The notes under the pieces are model-generated. The model had not been told where the DNA came from, did no database searches, and saw only the letters and a program-made list of their open reading frames with translations. This document shows, piece after piece, positions 29,030-37,727 of a DNA stretch of 64,000 nt. The DNA is from Candidatus Altimarinota bacterium. Its GTDB lineage: Bacteria > Patescibacteriota > Gracilibacteria > JBDHUY01. The DNA is taken from positions 1 through 64,000 of the forward strand of contig JBDHUY010000001.1 of the NCBI GenBank assembly GCA_039809385.1, read 5' to 3'. The stretch's first letter is position 1; each line of letters begins with the position of its first letter. A program made the translations under genes and the position numbers.

Positions 29030-29626
29030 TTAGGAGAAAAGATGCCGAGTACAGTTAAAACGTGTCATTTTATACTTATTGCTTTTGTAAATCTCAAAAC
29101 TAGTAATACTGGTATTCCCTAATCCCTCAATCGACTCGACTTCTGTATGCTTTTTCCCTGTAATAACTGCAATCAAGGCTCTACCGATATCGAAATGGCA
29201 GACAAACAAAACTGAATCGTTCTGATGTTTTACCATCATTCTTTGGAAAAAAAGCTCCGCTCTTCTATAAACATCCTGTATTGTTTCTCCATTTTTTGGT
29301 TGAATACGGACTGTATGAGTATCATTTGTTCCCCACCCCAGATCACTCTTTTTCTTACCCTGAAACTCGCCATAACATCTTTCTCTCAACTCCTGGACGA
29401 ATTCGAGACGTGTACCGGGATGAAACTCGACAATCTTCTTGGCGGTATCAGCAGCTCTATTCAAGTCACTGGAATAGATGTAGTCAAATGTTTCCGTTTT
29501 TAATCTCAAGGCAACTTTTTCTGCCTGCCTGATACCCTCAGCAGAAAGCGTCCCGGGTAAATGTCCCTGTAAAATACCGGATAGATTTTCTTCAGTTTCC
29601 CCATGTCTCGTAATGATAAGCTTCAT
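29030..29626 (-). CDS. Histidine phosphatase family protein
   Basis: RHGET, SSDL.RA..TA, LRER.YG, GE, VCH. Confidence 0.92.
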   Translation of the reverse strand: MKLIITRHGETEENLSGILQGHLPGTLSAEGIRQAEKVALRLKTETFDYIYSSDLNRAADTAKKIVEFHPGTRLEFVQELRERCYGEFQGKKKSDLGWGTNDTHTVRIQPKNGETIQDVYRRAELFFQRMMVKHQNDSVLFVCHFDIGRALIAVITGKKHTEVESIEGLGNTSITSFEIYKSNKYKMTRFNCTRHLFS

Positions 29627-29686
29627 AGAATAAAGGAATAGATGCATCTCCTTAACTTTCTGAAATGACCTGTTTTCTTAAATCTT

Positions 29687-30124
29687 TTACAAATATTCGA
29701 GCATCAAATACTTCAACTCGCCGACAGTTTCATCGTCAATAGAATCCCTTGACCATGTGGGTAGATTTCCAAAGCTTGTATCATTAAATACCCTATGCCC
29801 CAGTTTTCTTTCTGTTGCATATCTCGGAATACCGTGGAAATGAAGTTGATGAAGCGCATTACCGAGCTGGCAGTAGTTAAATCTGTCGGGTTTAAAGATT
29901 GGATTCACCAACAGAGAATTTTCGATTTCTTTACATACTTGCTGAAATTCGATCAATTCATCCGTTGTAAGTTCCGAAATTTTTTCTACGCCCTTTCTTT
30001 TGCAAAATAGAATATAACAGCCAAAAGTATGCTGATTATAGCTCACTTCCAACATCCAATATGTATATTCTTTGAGTACACCGTTACCGTGTTTACTTTC
30101 CGGATCATAAAATCTGGTAAACAT
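29687..30124 (-). CDS. HIT-family protein
   Basis: FNY..LGN...QLHFHGIPRY motif. Confidence 0.85.
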   Translation of the reverse strand: MFTRFYDPESKHGNGVLKEYTYWMLEVSYNQHTFGCYILFCKRKGVEKISELTTDELIEFQQVCKEIENSLLVNPIFKPDRFNYCQLGNALHQLHFHGIPRYATERKLGHRVFNDTSFGNLPTWSRDSIDDETVGELKYLMLEYL

Positions 30125-30260
30125 ACTACTGATGATCAAAAGTTAATGACCTATTGTGGGCATATCTGTTAAAGAGAACGACCCGATTATATCGAAGCAT
30201 TTTTCAAGAAACAATGATTTATCGTTGTACCGCTACTGTAGAAAACGTGTAATTTTTCAT

Positions 30261-30689
30261 TCACTCCGCCACCAGCCCGGGCGATTTTTCGGCGATCCGG
30301 ATAACTTTGGCCAGGCCTTCCATATCCAGATCTTCCAATTTTTTGAACCGGACACAACTTTTACCAACACTCACCTTCCCTAGTAGGTCTTTATACGTTT
30401 CGGCGATATATTTTCCTTTTTCCAACGCGCACACATACAGGCTCATGTAATTTTTCTGGCTGGCCAGCGAAATAACCGGCCAGTCGATGATCTCTTTTTT
30501 ATAATTTTTATATTTGAAACCGCCATATCCGAGCATGTTATAGGAAAAATGCGGTTTGAGCGAGGGGGCCGTTTTTTGGATAAATTCATGCAAAAACCGG
30601 ATCGGCTCAAGGCGTTCCGACGGCAGCATCTGGAAATATTCCTCGACGGATGTGGCTTTGACGGGCTTGAACATGTTCATAGATTTCAT
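30261..30689 (-). CDS. DUF1801 (YdhG-like) domain protein
   Basis: MLGYG, WPVI.LASQKNY.SLY, GKSCVRFKKLEDL. Confidence 0.88.
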   Translation of the reverse strand: MKSMNMFKPVKATSVEEYFQMLPSERLEPIRFLHEFIQKTAPSLKPHFSYNMLGYGGFKYKNYKKEIIDWPVISLASQKNYMSLYVCALEKGKYIAETYKDLLGKVSVGKSCVRFKKLEDLDMEGLAKVIRIAEKSPGLVAE

Positions 30690-30768
30690 GCGGCTAAGCG
30701 GATAAATTATTATACATTTGTCTGATGAAGATATGGAAAACAGGCGCTCGTATTCTGAACGCAGATTA

Positions 30769-31203
30769 CTAAACAACAAACGGAATAATGCGCTTGGTTT
30801 TACGCGCATACTCGACATACTCGGGATAACGTTGACGCAGGAACTGCTCTTCGCTCACGATGCGAATAAGTGTTACGATGGTCATAATGACACTAACGAT
30901 CACGGTGGTAAGAGAAGGATGGCCCAGCACGCTTGACCAGATAAGCACCAAGACGATAGCGTAAATAGGATGACGGATAAACCGGTACGGACCGGTGCGG
31001 AGCAATTTTCCAGCTTTTGTCTCGGCACCCGTGCTGAACTGACCGACCTGGAAGATGCGCCGCGACCAGATGCCCAGGGCGAGAGCCGCTATCTGAATTG
31101 CGATAATCCATGGAGAGGCGGAAAGCAAATTTCCGGTTAACAGCAACAATAGGACTGCGGCCAAAAAGATCGGAAAGAAAAATTTGGAGATGAGCTTGAT
31201 CAT
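30769..31203 (-). CDS. Isoprenylcysteine carboxyl methyltransferase-family membrane protein
   Basis: L..TGPYR.IRHP.Y, EE.FL...Y..Y.EY...TKR.IP. Confidence 0.9.
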   Translation of the reverse strand: MIKLISKFFFPIFLAAVLLLLLTGNLLSASPWIIAIQIAALALGIWSRRIFQVGQFSTGAETKAGKLLRTGPYRFIRHPIYAIVLVLIWSSVLGHPSLTTVIVSVIMTIVTLIRIVSEEQFLRQRYPEYVEYARKTKRIIPFVV

Positions 31204-31227
31204 GGGAATATCCTTCGGTGTAATGTA

Positions 31228-31641
31228 TTAGTTGGCTTCGGTATATTTTTTGAAATTATCGAGAAAGGCCTGCCAGCCGGATCGTTGCATATCGTGCGGG
31301 TTCTGATCTTCGGCCTCAAACGTCTCAAGGATATGAACTCCCTCCGGCGTTTCGCTAAATTGTATTTGTACTTGCCGACCGTCCGACATCTTAAATTCCA
31401 GCAACGTAGGCTCTTGTACTACGGTATATGTCCCTTCAAAATCAAAAGCAGCGCTTTTATCTTTGGCGAACATATGCGTCTTGAAATTGCCTTCCACTGT
31501 TAGATCATTGTTGATCGCCTGGGCGCCCCAATCGGGAGTAGCAAAGGCCCAGCCCGGTATATGTTCGACCGAATTCCAATACTCCCACACTTTGGCGGGT
31601 GAGGCGTTAACCGTAGTCTCGACGGTGATAGGATTTTTCAT
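31228..31641 (-). CDS. SRPBCC/AHSA1-like protein
   Basis: KVW.YW...EHI..W.FA..DW, FDFEGTY, Q..GWQA.LDNFKKY. Confidence 0.9.
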   Translation of the reverse strand: MKNPITVETTVNASPAKVWEYWNSVEHIPGWAFATPDWGAQAINNDLTVEGNFKTHMFAKDKSAAFDFEGTYTVVQEPTLLEFKMSDGRQVQIQFSETPEGVHILETFEAEDQNPHDMQRSGWQAFLDNFKKYTEAN

Positions 31642-31699
31642 AGCTGGCGGGGTTAGAGGGGGAAAAGTTGATAATGTAACCGTTAGCGGTCGGAAGCAG

Positions 31700-32095
31700 T
31701 TAGCTCACCCGCTTAGTACTCGAACGAGCCTTCGGTGCGCTTTTTGCCTGGCGATTCAGCGCCACGGCGGCTCGGATGAGGTTCTGGAAGGCCTTGTCGT
31801 AGATCTTGTCGCCTTCGTGGATAACTATAGCGCGATAGGTATTGATGAGAGCGTTCGGATCATGATCCTTGAGCAGGTGGCCCTTGGCAAATGTCAATCT
31901 GAGGTGATTTTTGTAGGTTTCGCCGGTACAGATCATCCCATCGTGCGACCATACCAGCACTCCGGCCGGGTTGGTGGGTTTTCTCCATTTTACTTCCTCG
32001 ATCGCCTCCGGATCGGCTTGCTGTATCAGCGCGGAGATGCGGGACAGTGTCGCTGCGCGCCAGTCGGACGGAATGGTTGTTGTAGCTTTTTTCAT
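31700..32095 (-). CDS. DUF1801 domain protein
   Basis: DWR..TL, EEVKWRKP, WSHDG.ICTGETYK..LTFAKG. Confidence 0.9.
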   Translation of the reverse strand: MKKATTTIPSDWRAATLSRISALIQQADPEAIEEVKWRKPTNPAGVLVWSHDGMICTGETYKNHLRLTFAKGHLLKDHDPNALINTYRAIVIHEGDKIYDKAFQNLIRAAVALNRQAKSAPKARSSTKRVS

Positions 32096-32100
32096 AGTTT

Positions 32101-32418
32101 CTATGATTTCGATTTCTTGTTTCGTTTATCCAGTATTCCTCGCACCGACGGACTGATGGCTTTGTCTTTACGGTGAATACAGCCCAGCCAGCAGCACGGC
32201 CGACGCATGCCTTCTTTGAGTTCCGATACAACCCGTCCGACGTGCTCGGCTCGTGTTTCCGCCTTCTTGGGGTACTCCACCCAGCAGATCCACTCGTTGC
32301 GCGCGAGCGGTGTCAGGTCCTCCCATAGGACAAGAGCCGCTTTGTCAGAGGTTAATGCTTTTTGTAGATCGGCTGGCATGTTGTGCACCGTACCGGCTGA
32401 AATGGATTTTGTAGTCAT
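32101..32418 (-). CDS. YdeI/OmpD-associated family protein
   Basis: P.DL..AL, W..LTPLARNEWICWV, RRPCCW.GC.HR. Confidence 0.9.
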   Translation of the reverse strand: MTTKSISAGTVHNMPADLQKALTSDKAALVLWEDLTPLARNEWICWVEYPKKAETRAEHVGRVVSELKEGMRRPCCWLGCIHRKDKAISPSVRGILDKRNKKSKS

Positions 32419-32617
32419 ACCGTTAGTATAAAGTTTTTCTGGGTACAGTTAAACAGAAAATTTTTCTCGAAATTGTCTCAATACCTGCTTCAGAGTTATC
32501 TCTGTGATCACACGTTGCTATTTGCTTTTATATGAAGGTCCCAACTCCATCGAGAAAACCAATGGTTCAGGTTCTTTCAGAAATCTGAACCCGCAGAGGG
32601 GTCTTACTTATACGCAA

Positions 32618-33211
32618 TTATTTCAGCTTATGTTTTAGCCTCTCGTTCAAGCTATCTAAAATTCGAGGTCCAATATCGATTACCCATTGTGTCGCACGAT
32701 GATCTAATTCCTCTCCATGTGCTGCCCTATTTAACGTTACAATCATATCAGCCAAAGCAGCCCGTTCTTGGTTTGAAATAATATCTTTTTGATGTAAGTC
32801 ACGCATTAGGAAGGAGACCCCACCTTGTCTCTTTGAACTAATACCATTTTGTTCTGCAAGTGCACGGAGACTCTTTTCTATTTCAATTCGCAAAACTACT
32901 AGAGCAAGGCTTGGGTCGGATTCTGCAAAATCTAGAAAAGCATATTCAGTTGTTATTTTTCTATTAGTTTCATTAATAAGACCTGCATTTTGGGCTTCCC
33001 GTTTTACACGCTCCAAATCTTGGAACTCAAGCTTTAGACCACCAGGAAATTCAAGGGATTTGAACAATGGTGCTAACCATGGCACTACTGCAACTATGAC
33101 CAAAGTTAAAGTGATTGCATCAATCTTGAGATCAGGCCAAATTATATGGACAGTAGCAATGGCTATTGCAGCAAGGGTGATTGATATTTGAACTTTTATA
33201 GCACTTTTCAT
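32618..33211 (-). CDS. Membrane protein with two N-terminal TM helices and a possible HEPN/DUF4145-like C-terminal domain
   Basis: LRIEIEK.LR ... LNRAAHG pattern; AT-rich relative to its neighbours. Confidence 0.65.
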   Translation of the reverse strand: MKSAIKVQISITLAAIAIATVHIIWPDLKIDAITLTLVIVAVVPWLAPLFKSLEFPGGLKLEFQDLERVKREAQNAGLINETNRKITTEYAFLDFAESDPSLALVVLRIEIEKSLRALAEQNGISSKRQGGVSFLMRDLHQKDIISNQERAALADMIVTLNRAAHGEELDHRATQWVIDIGPRILDSLNERLKHKLK

Positions 33212-33349
33212 CTAAACCAGATTTTATTAAGGCTAAAAAATTTACGCTAACTCATTTTTCATGCGAAGTATATTCGTAATACCCCATATCTGTCCAACCG
33301 ATAGGCGGAAAACGTATCAAAAAAGTATGATTTCAAGTTTTTCTTTTTA

Positions 33350-33996
33350 CTATTCAGTCTCCGCCTCCCACGCTTGCAACGGTGGCCCACCACGGTTGTA
33401 GGCGGTTTCATCAATAACTGCTAAGTAATCAAAGTCGGTAAAACTCTGCGCCGTGAGCGGAAAGTAGGTCGGGTTCTTCTGGCTGCCCGAGCGAATGGGA
33501 AGAGTGGCAATTTCGGAAGCAGCCAATCTTTTTCCCTGATAGGTAGGAATAAATCGGATTGGCCCTGGTGTTGCCGTCAATTGAGCTTCCAGCGTTCCGG
33601 CTTCGGGCGTCCCGATGCCATTGTCATCCGAAGTACCGAGGGCAGTACCGATTACAGCATACCGTTTTCCCAGCATTTCATGCAGCTGCGATCCAGCCGG
33701 CCACCACGTTATCAGTTCGTGGCCCAGTTGCCATTGAGCCTTTCCTTTTTTCAGATGACTGTTGTGCGCAAAAGCAAAAACTTTTCCTCTCTCCTGCTCG
33801 CGGGACACGATGTAGAGGAGATTATCCGCCTGCAGCATATCGCGAATCCCCAGGCGCTCGGCATAGGTAGTCGTTTTAGCCATCGAAGCGTGGAAGTCGA
33901 GGAGTCCCCGCGCGACTCTCGCATATTGCAGGGCCTCCGAAAAACGATCCCGACCGGTCTGGGCGATCAGCTCGGGACGACGGATCTCCAATTCCT
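33350..33996 (-). pseudogene. 5'-truncated erythromycin esterase (EreA/TIKI-like) family gene
   Basis: RD..QADNL, FAHNSHL, AG..L...LG.RY.VIG, FD motifs are the C-terminal half only; the apparent ORF start lies inside the repeat element. Confidence 0.8.
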
Positions 33997-34093
33997 CCTC
34001 TGGTTCCAAGTTGCACTTGGAACCCAACTGTTATGCGCATAACCACCGTTTGTGTGCCAAAACATCGCAGTTCCAGGTACAACCTGGAACTAG
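33997..34093. repeat. REPIN-like element copy 1
   Basis: GGTTCCAAG-TTGCA-CTTGGAACC, central GTTATGCGCATAAC, AGTTCCAGG-TACAA-CCTGGAACT; nearly identical to copies 2 and 3. Confidence 0.9.
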
Positions 34094-34146
34094 TATCAAG
34101 TAGTTTTGATTTGATATTAATTCGAACGAATAAACTGAGCTCTTTC

Positions 34147-34677
34147 TCACCTTACAAGACCATGAGCGATTTGCAATACCTGATTAGCAACTTCATTGAC
34201 TGGTCTATTTGTATCGACGGGAATTGCGCCCATTGCAAGCATCTCCTCCGCATAGGTTTCCGCACGTTTGATAATTTGCTGCATAACGTTTTTGTCCTTC
34301 CCGAAACTGTTATCGGTTCGGTCCTCGATCCGTTTGGTAAAAACAGCTGGGCTGCATTGAAGTAATATAATCTTATCGAAGAGAGGAAGTACCTCTGTTT
34401 CGTTAGTAGCCATCCCAAGTACAAAACCAATCGTATCTTGTGTATTAAGTAAGCGTTTCAGATAATCAACATCACACACCCAGTCATGTGCATCCACAAA
34501 TTCCTTGGTCATTTCAGCATCTTTACCGCCGTGCTTTTCTCCGGTCTTCTGATGAACCCATGAGCAGAGTCCATCAACCTCATCGATACTAATCGCGAGG
34601 TAACCTAGTCTGGTTAGCTCGTCTGCTAGAGTCGTTTTGCCAGTGCCAGAGACACCGGTAATGTAAATTTTTATCAT
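34147..34677 (-). CDS. P-loop nucleotide/shikimate-kinase-like protein
   Basis: YITGVSGTGKTT, D.D, FDK..LL, R...R..N.FGK. Confidence 0.85.
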   Translation of the reverse strand: MIKIYITGVSGTGKTTLADELTRLGYLAISIDEVDGLCSWVHQKTGEKHGGKDAEMTKEFVDAHDWVCDVDYLKRLLNTQDTIGFVLGMATNETEVLPLFDKIILLQCSPAVFTKRIEDRTDNSFGKDKNVMQQIIKRAETYAEEMLAMGAIPVDTNRPVNEVANQVLQIAHGLVR

Positions 34678-34776
34678 GGATTTTTCTCGAGTTATGGGAA
34701 GGGATTTCGAGCCAATTTTATTTTGGTTTCTCGTATGGCCGCTTCAAGTATACCGATGTTTATATCTTTAACCTCT

Positions 34777-34869
34777 CCGGTTCCAAGTTGCACTTGGAAC
34801 CCAACTGTTATGTGCATAACCACCGTTTAAGTGCCAAACATCGCAGTTCCAGGTACAACCTGGAACTAG
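34777..34869. repeat. REPIN-like element copy 2
   Basis: Same tripartite hairpin structure as copy 1. Confidence 0.9.
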
Positions 34870-34886
34870 CCTAAAATATCCAAAAA

Positions 34887-35630
34887 TCAATTTATGATTT
34901 CTCCTTTGTTGTTTGCTAGCCGTTCCCGCCATTTTTGGCGTTCCTCGGGCGTAATTTTGACCCAATCGGTTGCTTCGCCGACGATCTTCAACGGTGCTTG
35001 CGAGCGATACGAGCGGGTCGGGTTTCCGGGAAAGTATTTGTTCGTCACGTTTGGATCATTTTCAAAACTATCTGTCGGCTCAACGATATACACACGTTCC
35101 GGCCCATCGCCCTTTGCCAACGCAGCAGCCAGTCCCGCCCCATTCACTTGGGCGGTAAAATAAATGTGATTCATCTTGAGGTCTGACTGGTAATTAGAAC
35201 TGCCCCCGGCTGTCAACAAATCTCCGACTTCCAAATCTGCCTTTGTTCCATGATAAAAAGGGCCTTGGTCGGAAGGGGTATCCTGAAACGAAGTGGCTAA
35301 GGAAGAATATCTTTTCGCTTTATCGGGATCACCCAGTTCTGCATAGCAGGTGGAGATGTCTGAATAAAGAGGAGGGAAAGCGCTTTGTACCGTGGAGTCA
35401 TTTATGTTTAATCCAAGCTGGAGAGTCGTCTCGAGCCATTGCAATCGGTCGGAAACATCGTTTTGAGATCGGGCGACATGATAGGCCGTAATGAATTTTT
35501 CAAAGTCGTAGGTCGCTTCATGCCAGGCTTGAAGAAACACCTTGCCCGCTTCTGCGGGTTTCCCTTGTTTTTCAATGGCTATGCCCTGAAGACAGAGTTG
35601 AACGATATGGTTGTTGGGGCTGAATTCCAT
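34887..35630 (-). CDS. arr: NAD+:rifampin ADP-ribosyltransferase with N-terminal TPR-like extension
   Basis: GPFYHGTKADL, SNY....MNHIYFTA, YIVEP...FE.DPNVT.K.FPGNPTRSYRS..PL. Confidence 0.93.
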   Translation of the reverse strand: MEFSPNNHIVQLCLQGIAIEKQGKPAEAGKVFLQAWHEATYDFEKFITAYHVARSQNDVSDRLQWLETTLQLGLNINDSTVQSAFPPLYSDISTCYAELGDPDKAKRYSSLATSFQDTPSDQGPFYHGTKADLEVGDLLTAGGSSNYQSDLKMNHIYFTAQVNGAGLAAALAKGDGPERVYIVEPTDSFENDPNVTNKYFPGNPTRSYRSQAPLKIVGEATDWVKITPEERQKWRERLANNKGEIIN

Positions 35631-35693
35631 GTTCTCAATGGATATGGGTAACAAGTTTTTCTGTGGGGCAGATTCTTTGATGTAAGGATTTCT

Positions 35694-36167
35694 TTACACA
35701 TCAGTTCCTGCCGTATTACCAAGTTCTTCGGCCAGCCCGATGAGAATGCCTTCTGGCCCACGGATATAGCAGAGCCGATAGATATCTTGGTAATTGACGA
35801 CTTCCCCAACCAGTTGGGCACCGTGTTTGCGGAGCCGGGCGAGGGTATCGTCGATATCCTCCACGGTGAACATGACACGTAGGTAGCCCAAAGCGTTCAC
35901 CGGGGCATGGCGGTGGTCAGAGATTACAGACGGAGCAAGGAATCGGGACAATTCAAGCCGGCTATGGCCGTCCGGGGTGATCATCATGGCAATCTCGACG
36001 CGCTGGTCGCCCAGTCCGGTGACGCGACCGGCCCATTCTCCTTCTACCATGGCTCGTCCTTCAAGCTTCAGCCCAAGCTCGGTGAAAAAAGAAATAGCCT
36101 GATCGAGATCTTCTACCACGATGCCGACGTTGTCCATCCTCTTCAGATTGGCTTCTCTTGACCTCAT
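35694..36167 (-). CDS. VOC/glyoxalase family protein
   Basis: RMDNVGIVV.DL, TPDGHSRLEL, YRLCYIRGPEG. Confidence 0.92.
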   Translation of the reverse strand: MRSREANLKRMDNVGIVVEDLDQAISFFTELGLKLEGRAMVEGEWAGRVTGLGDQRVEIAMMITPDGHSRLELSRFLAPSVISDHRHAPVNALGYLRVMFTVEDIDDTLARLRKHGAQLVGEVVNYQDIYRLCYIRGPEGILIGLAEELGNTAGTDV

Positions 36168-36265
36168 ATAGTTGTGCTTATTTGAATAAACTTTCAGCGA
36201 AAACACCCAACGCCGTAACGATTTTCACTACAACTTGGACACTCGCCTTCTTTTCTGGCGGTATA

Positions 36266-36362
36266 CCTCTGGTTCCAAGTTGCACTTGGAACCCAACTGT
36301 TATACACATAATCACCGTTTACGTGCTAAAACATCGTAGTTCCAGGTACAATCTGGAACTAG
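36266..36362. repeat. REPIN-like element copy 3
   Basis: Same structure; central palindrome degenerate, G-T wobble in the right stem. Confidence 0.9.
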
Positions 36363-36391
36363 CATGAGCGATATCAAATCTTGCTTTATCT

Positions 36392-36814
36392 TTATGCTGG
36401 ATTGAATTCGACCGTCCACTCGATACCGTACTTGTCCCGAAACATGGCAAAGTAGGTACCCCACGGACTTTCCGCCATGGGCATTTCAACTGTCCCGCCC
36501 GCTGAGAGTCCGTTGAAAATCCTGTCTGCTTCTTCTTTGCTTTCTGCAGTAACGGCGATCTTGGATCTATTTTCGTTCTCGCTTACTCGTCCCATGCTCT
36601 CCGGAACGTCATTTGCGATAAGTAGGTTGTTGCCGATAGGCAGCGCAATGCGCAGTATTTTATTGGCTTCATTTTCGGGTACCGGAAACTCGGCGTTTGT
36701 GATGTCTTTGAAACGGGTAATACCGGCGAATTCGCCGCCGAAAACGGATTTGTAAAACGTAAACGCTTCTTCGGCATTTCCGTTGAAGTTAATGTAAGGG
36801 TTTATGGTTGTCAT
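36392..36814 (-). CDS. PhnB/VOC family protein
   Basis: INPY.NFNGNAEEAF.FY.SVFG, PWG.YF.MF.DKYGI.W. Confidence 0.92.
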   Translation of the reverse strand: MTTINPYINFNGNAEEAFTFYKSVFGGEFAGITRFKDITNAEFPVPENEANKILRIALPIGNNLLIANDVPESMGRVSENENRSKIAVTAESKEEADRIFNGLSAGGTVEMPMAESPWGTYFAMFRDKYGIEWTVEFNPA

Positions 36815-36889
36815 AATGAGTTTGGTTAATTCATACTACGTACTCTAGCAATTCCTATGGTCGATTTCAATTTTTCGTTTTATTTCAGA

Positions 36890-37477
36890 TTATTTTGATC
36901 CAATCGGTATTGTCACAATTCTCTCAAAATAGAATTCGTCATTCGGGACGGCATACTCAATCGAACCACATTGAAATGCACCTTCCGGAACGCTCCCTTG
37001 CAACTCTTTCAGCAACTCCGTTGTGCGTTCTACCGTAATAAACTCTGCGATAGTCATGTGCGGCGCACGATCTTTTCGTGTCAACGGATTGCCCCTAAAC
37101 AGCGAAGTCGAGTGAATTACATGACGCAGGTCAAAGAACTCTTTTTCGGGAGTAATGGTATAACAAACTCCGGGATAAGGAGGGAAACTTCGCAACGGTC
37201 CATATTGTATTTCAAATGGTTGGACACGAGACAAAGCTTCTTTCAATTCTACAAGTTGTTCATCGGTCAATGGGCCGGTGAGAGGTTCGCTCAAACTAAT
37301 GTGTGCCTGGCAATAATCGGCAGATGTTGGGTCGAACTCCCGCCTCAATTCGTCTACGGGTTCGACAACCCCGTTGGGGGGAAAAATATAAAAGGCGCCG
37401 TATCGATACTCAAATTGCCACTCTTCCCAATTCTCAGTGTTCTGCTCGTATTCAATCTTGTGAAAATTATTCATCAT
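36890..37477 (-). CDS. 2H phosphoesterase (2'-5' RNA ligase-like)
   Basis: Two HxS/T motifs: AHISL and PHMTI. Confidence 0.88.
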   Translation of the reverse strand: MMNNFHKIEYEQNTENWEEWQFEYRYGAFYIFPPNGVVEPVDELRREFDPTSADYCQAHISLSEPLTGPLTDEQLVELKEALSRVQPFEIQYGPLRSFPPYPGVCYTITPEKEFFDLRHVIHSTSLFRGNPLTRKDRAPHMTIAEFITVERTTELLKELQGSVPEGAFQCGSIEYAVPNDEFYFERIVTIPIGSK

Positions 37478-37556
37478 ATGATTAGGGCAAGAGTTCTTCG
37501 ATAAAAACAGATTGAATTTTTCGACAAAGAATGGCTGGCGAGCCGGGGCGGGGTGG

Positions 37557-37581
37557 CAAGACCGGTGCCATCAGCCACTCG
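37557..37581 (-). repeat. Direct repeat of the tRNA-Ser D-arm to anticodon segment
   Basis: CAAGACCGGTGCCATCAGCCACTCG matches 37643-37667 at 24/25. Confidence 0.85.
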
Positions 37582-37590
37582 ACTTCTTGC

Positions 37591-37678
37591 TGGCGGAGAG
37601 GACAGGATTCGAACCTGCGGTACCTTGCGGTACTCCGGTTTTCAAGACCGGTGCCATCAACCACTCGGCCACCTCTCC
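37591..37678 (-). tRNA. tRNA-Ser (anticodon TGA), CCA encoded
   Basis: GGAGAGG/CCTCTCC acceptor stem, CCGGT-CTTGAAA-ACCGG anticodon arm, long variable arm, GTTCGAATC T-loop, G discriminator. Confidence 0.97.
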
Positions 37679-37727
37679 CCACACAACAAACCAGTAGTTT
37701 CAAGTATAAAGCATACCAACGGTTTGT

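Noticed and set aside
33997-34027. Predicted N-terminus MGSKCNLEPE of the 225-aa esterase ORF
   Set aside because: It is translated repeat DNA; the true 5' half of the gene is missing
33997-36362. Repeats interpreted as a CRISPR array
   Set aside because: Units are ~95 bp, separated by 0.7-1.4 kb containing whole genes; no cas genes in the window
33997-36362. Repeats interpreted as canonical attC sites
   Set aside because: No terminal RYYYAAC/GTTRRRY pair; the GTTATGC/GCATAAC cores are central, and the structure is two separate inverted hairpins
37591-37678. tRNA as a UGA-recoding tRNA (genetic code 25)
   Set aside because: Anticodon TGA reads Ser UCA; a UGA reader needs TCA. Long genes are intact under code 11 and several end in TGA
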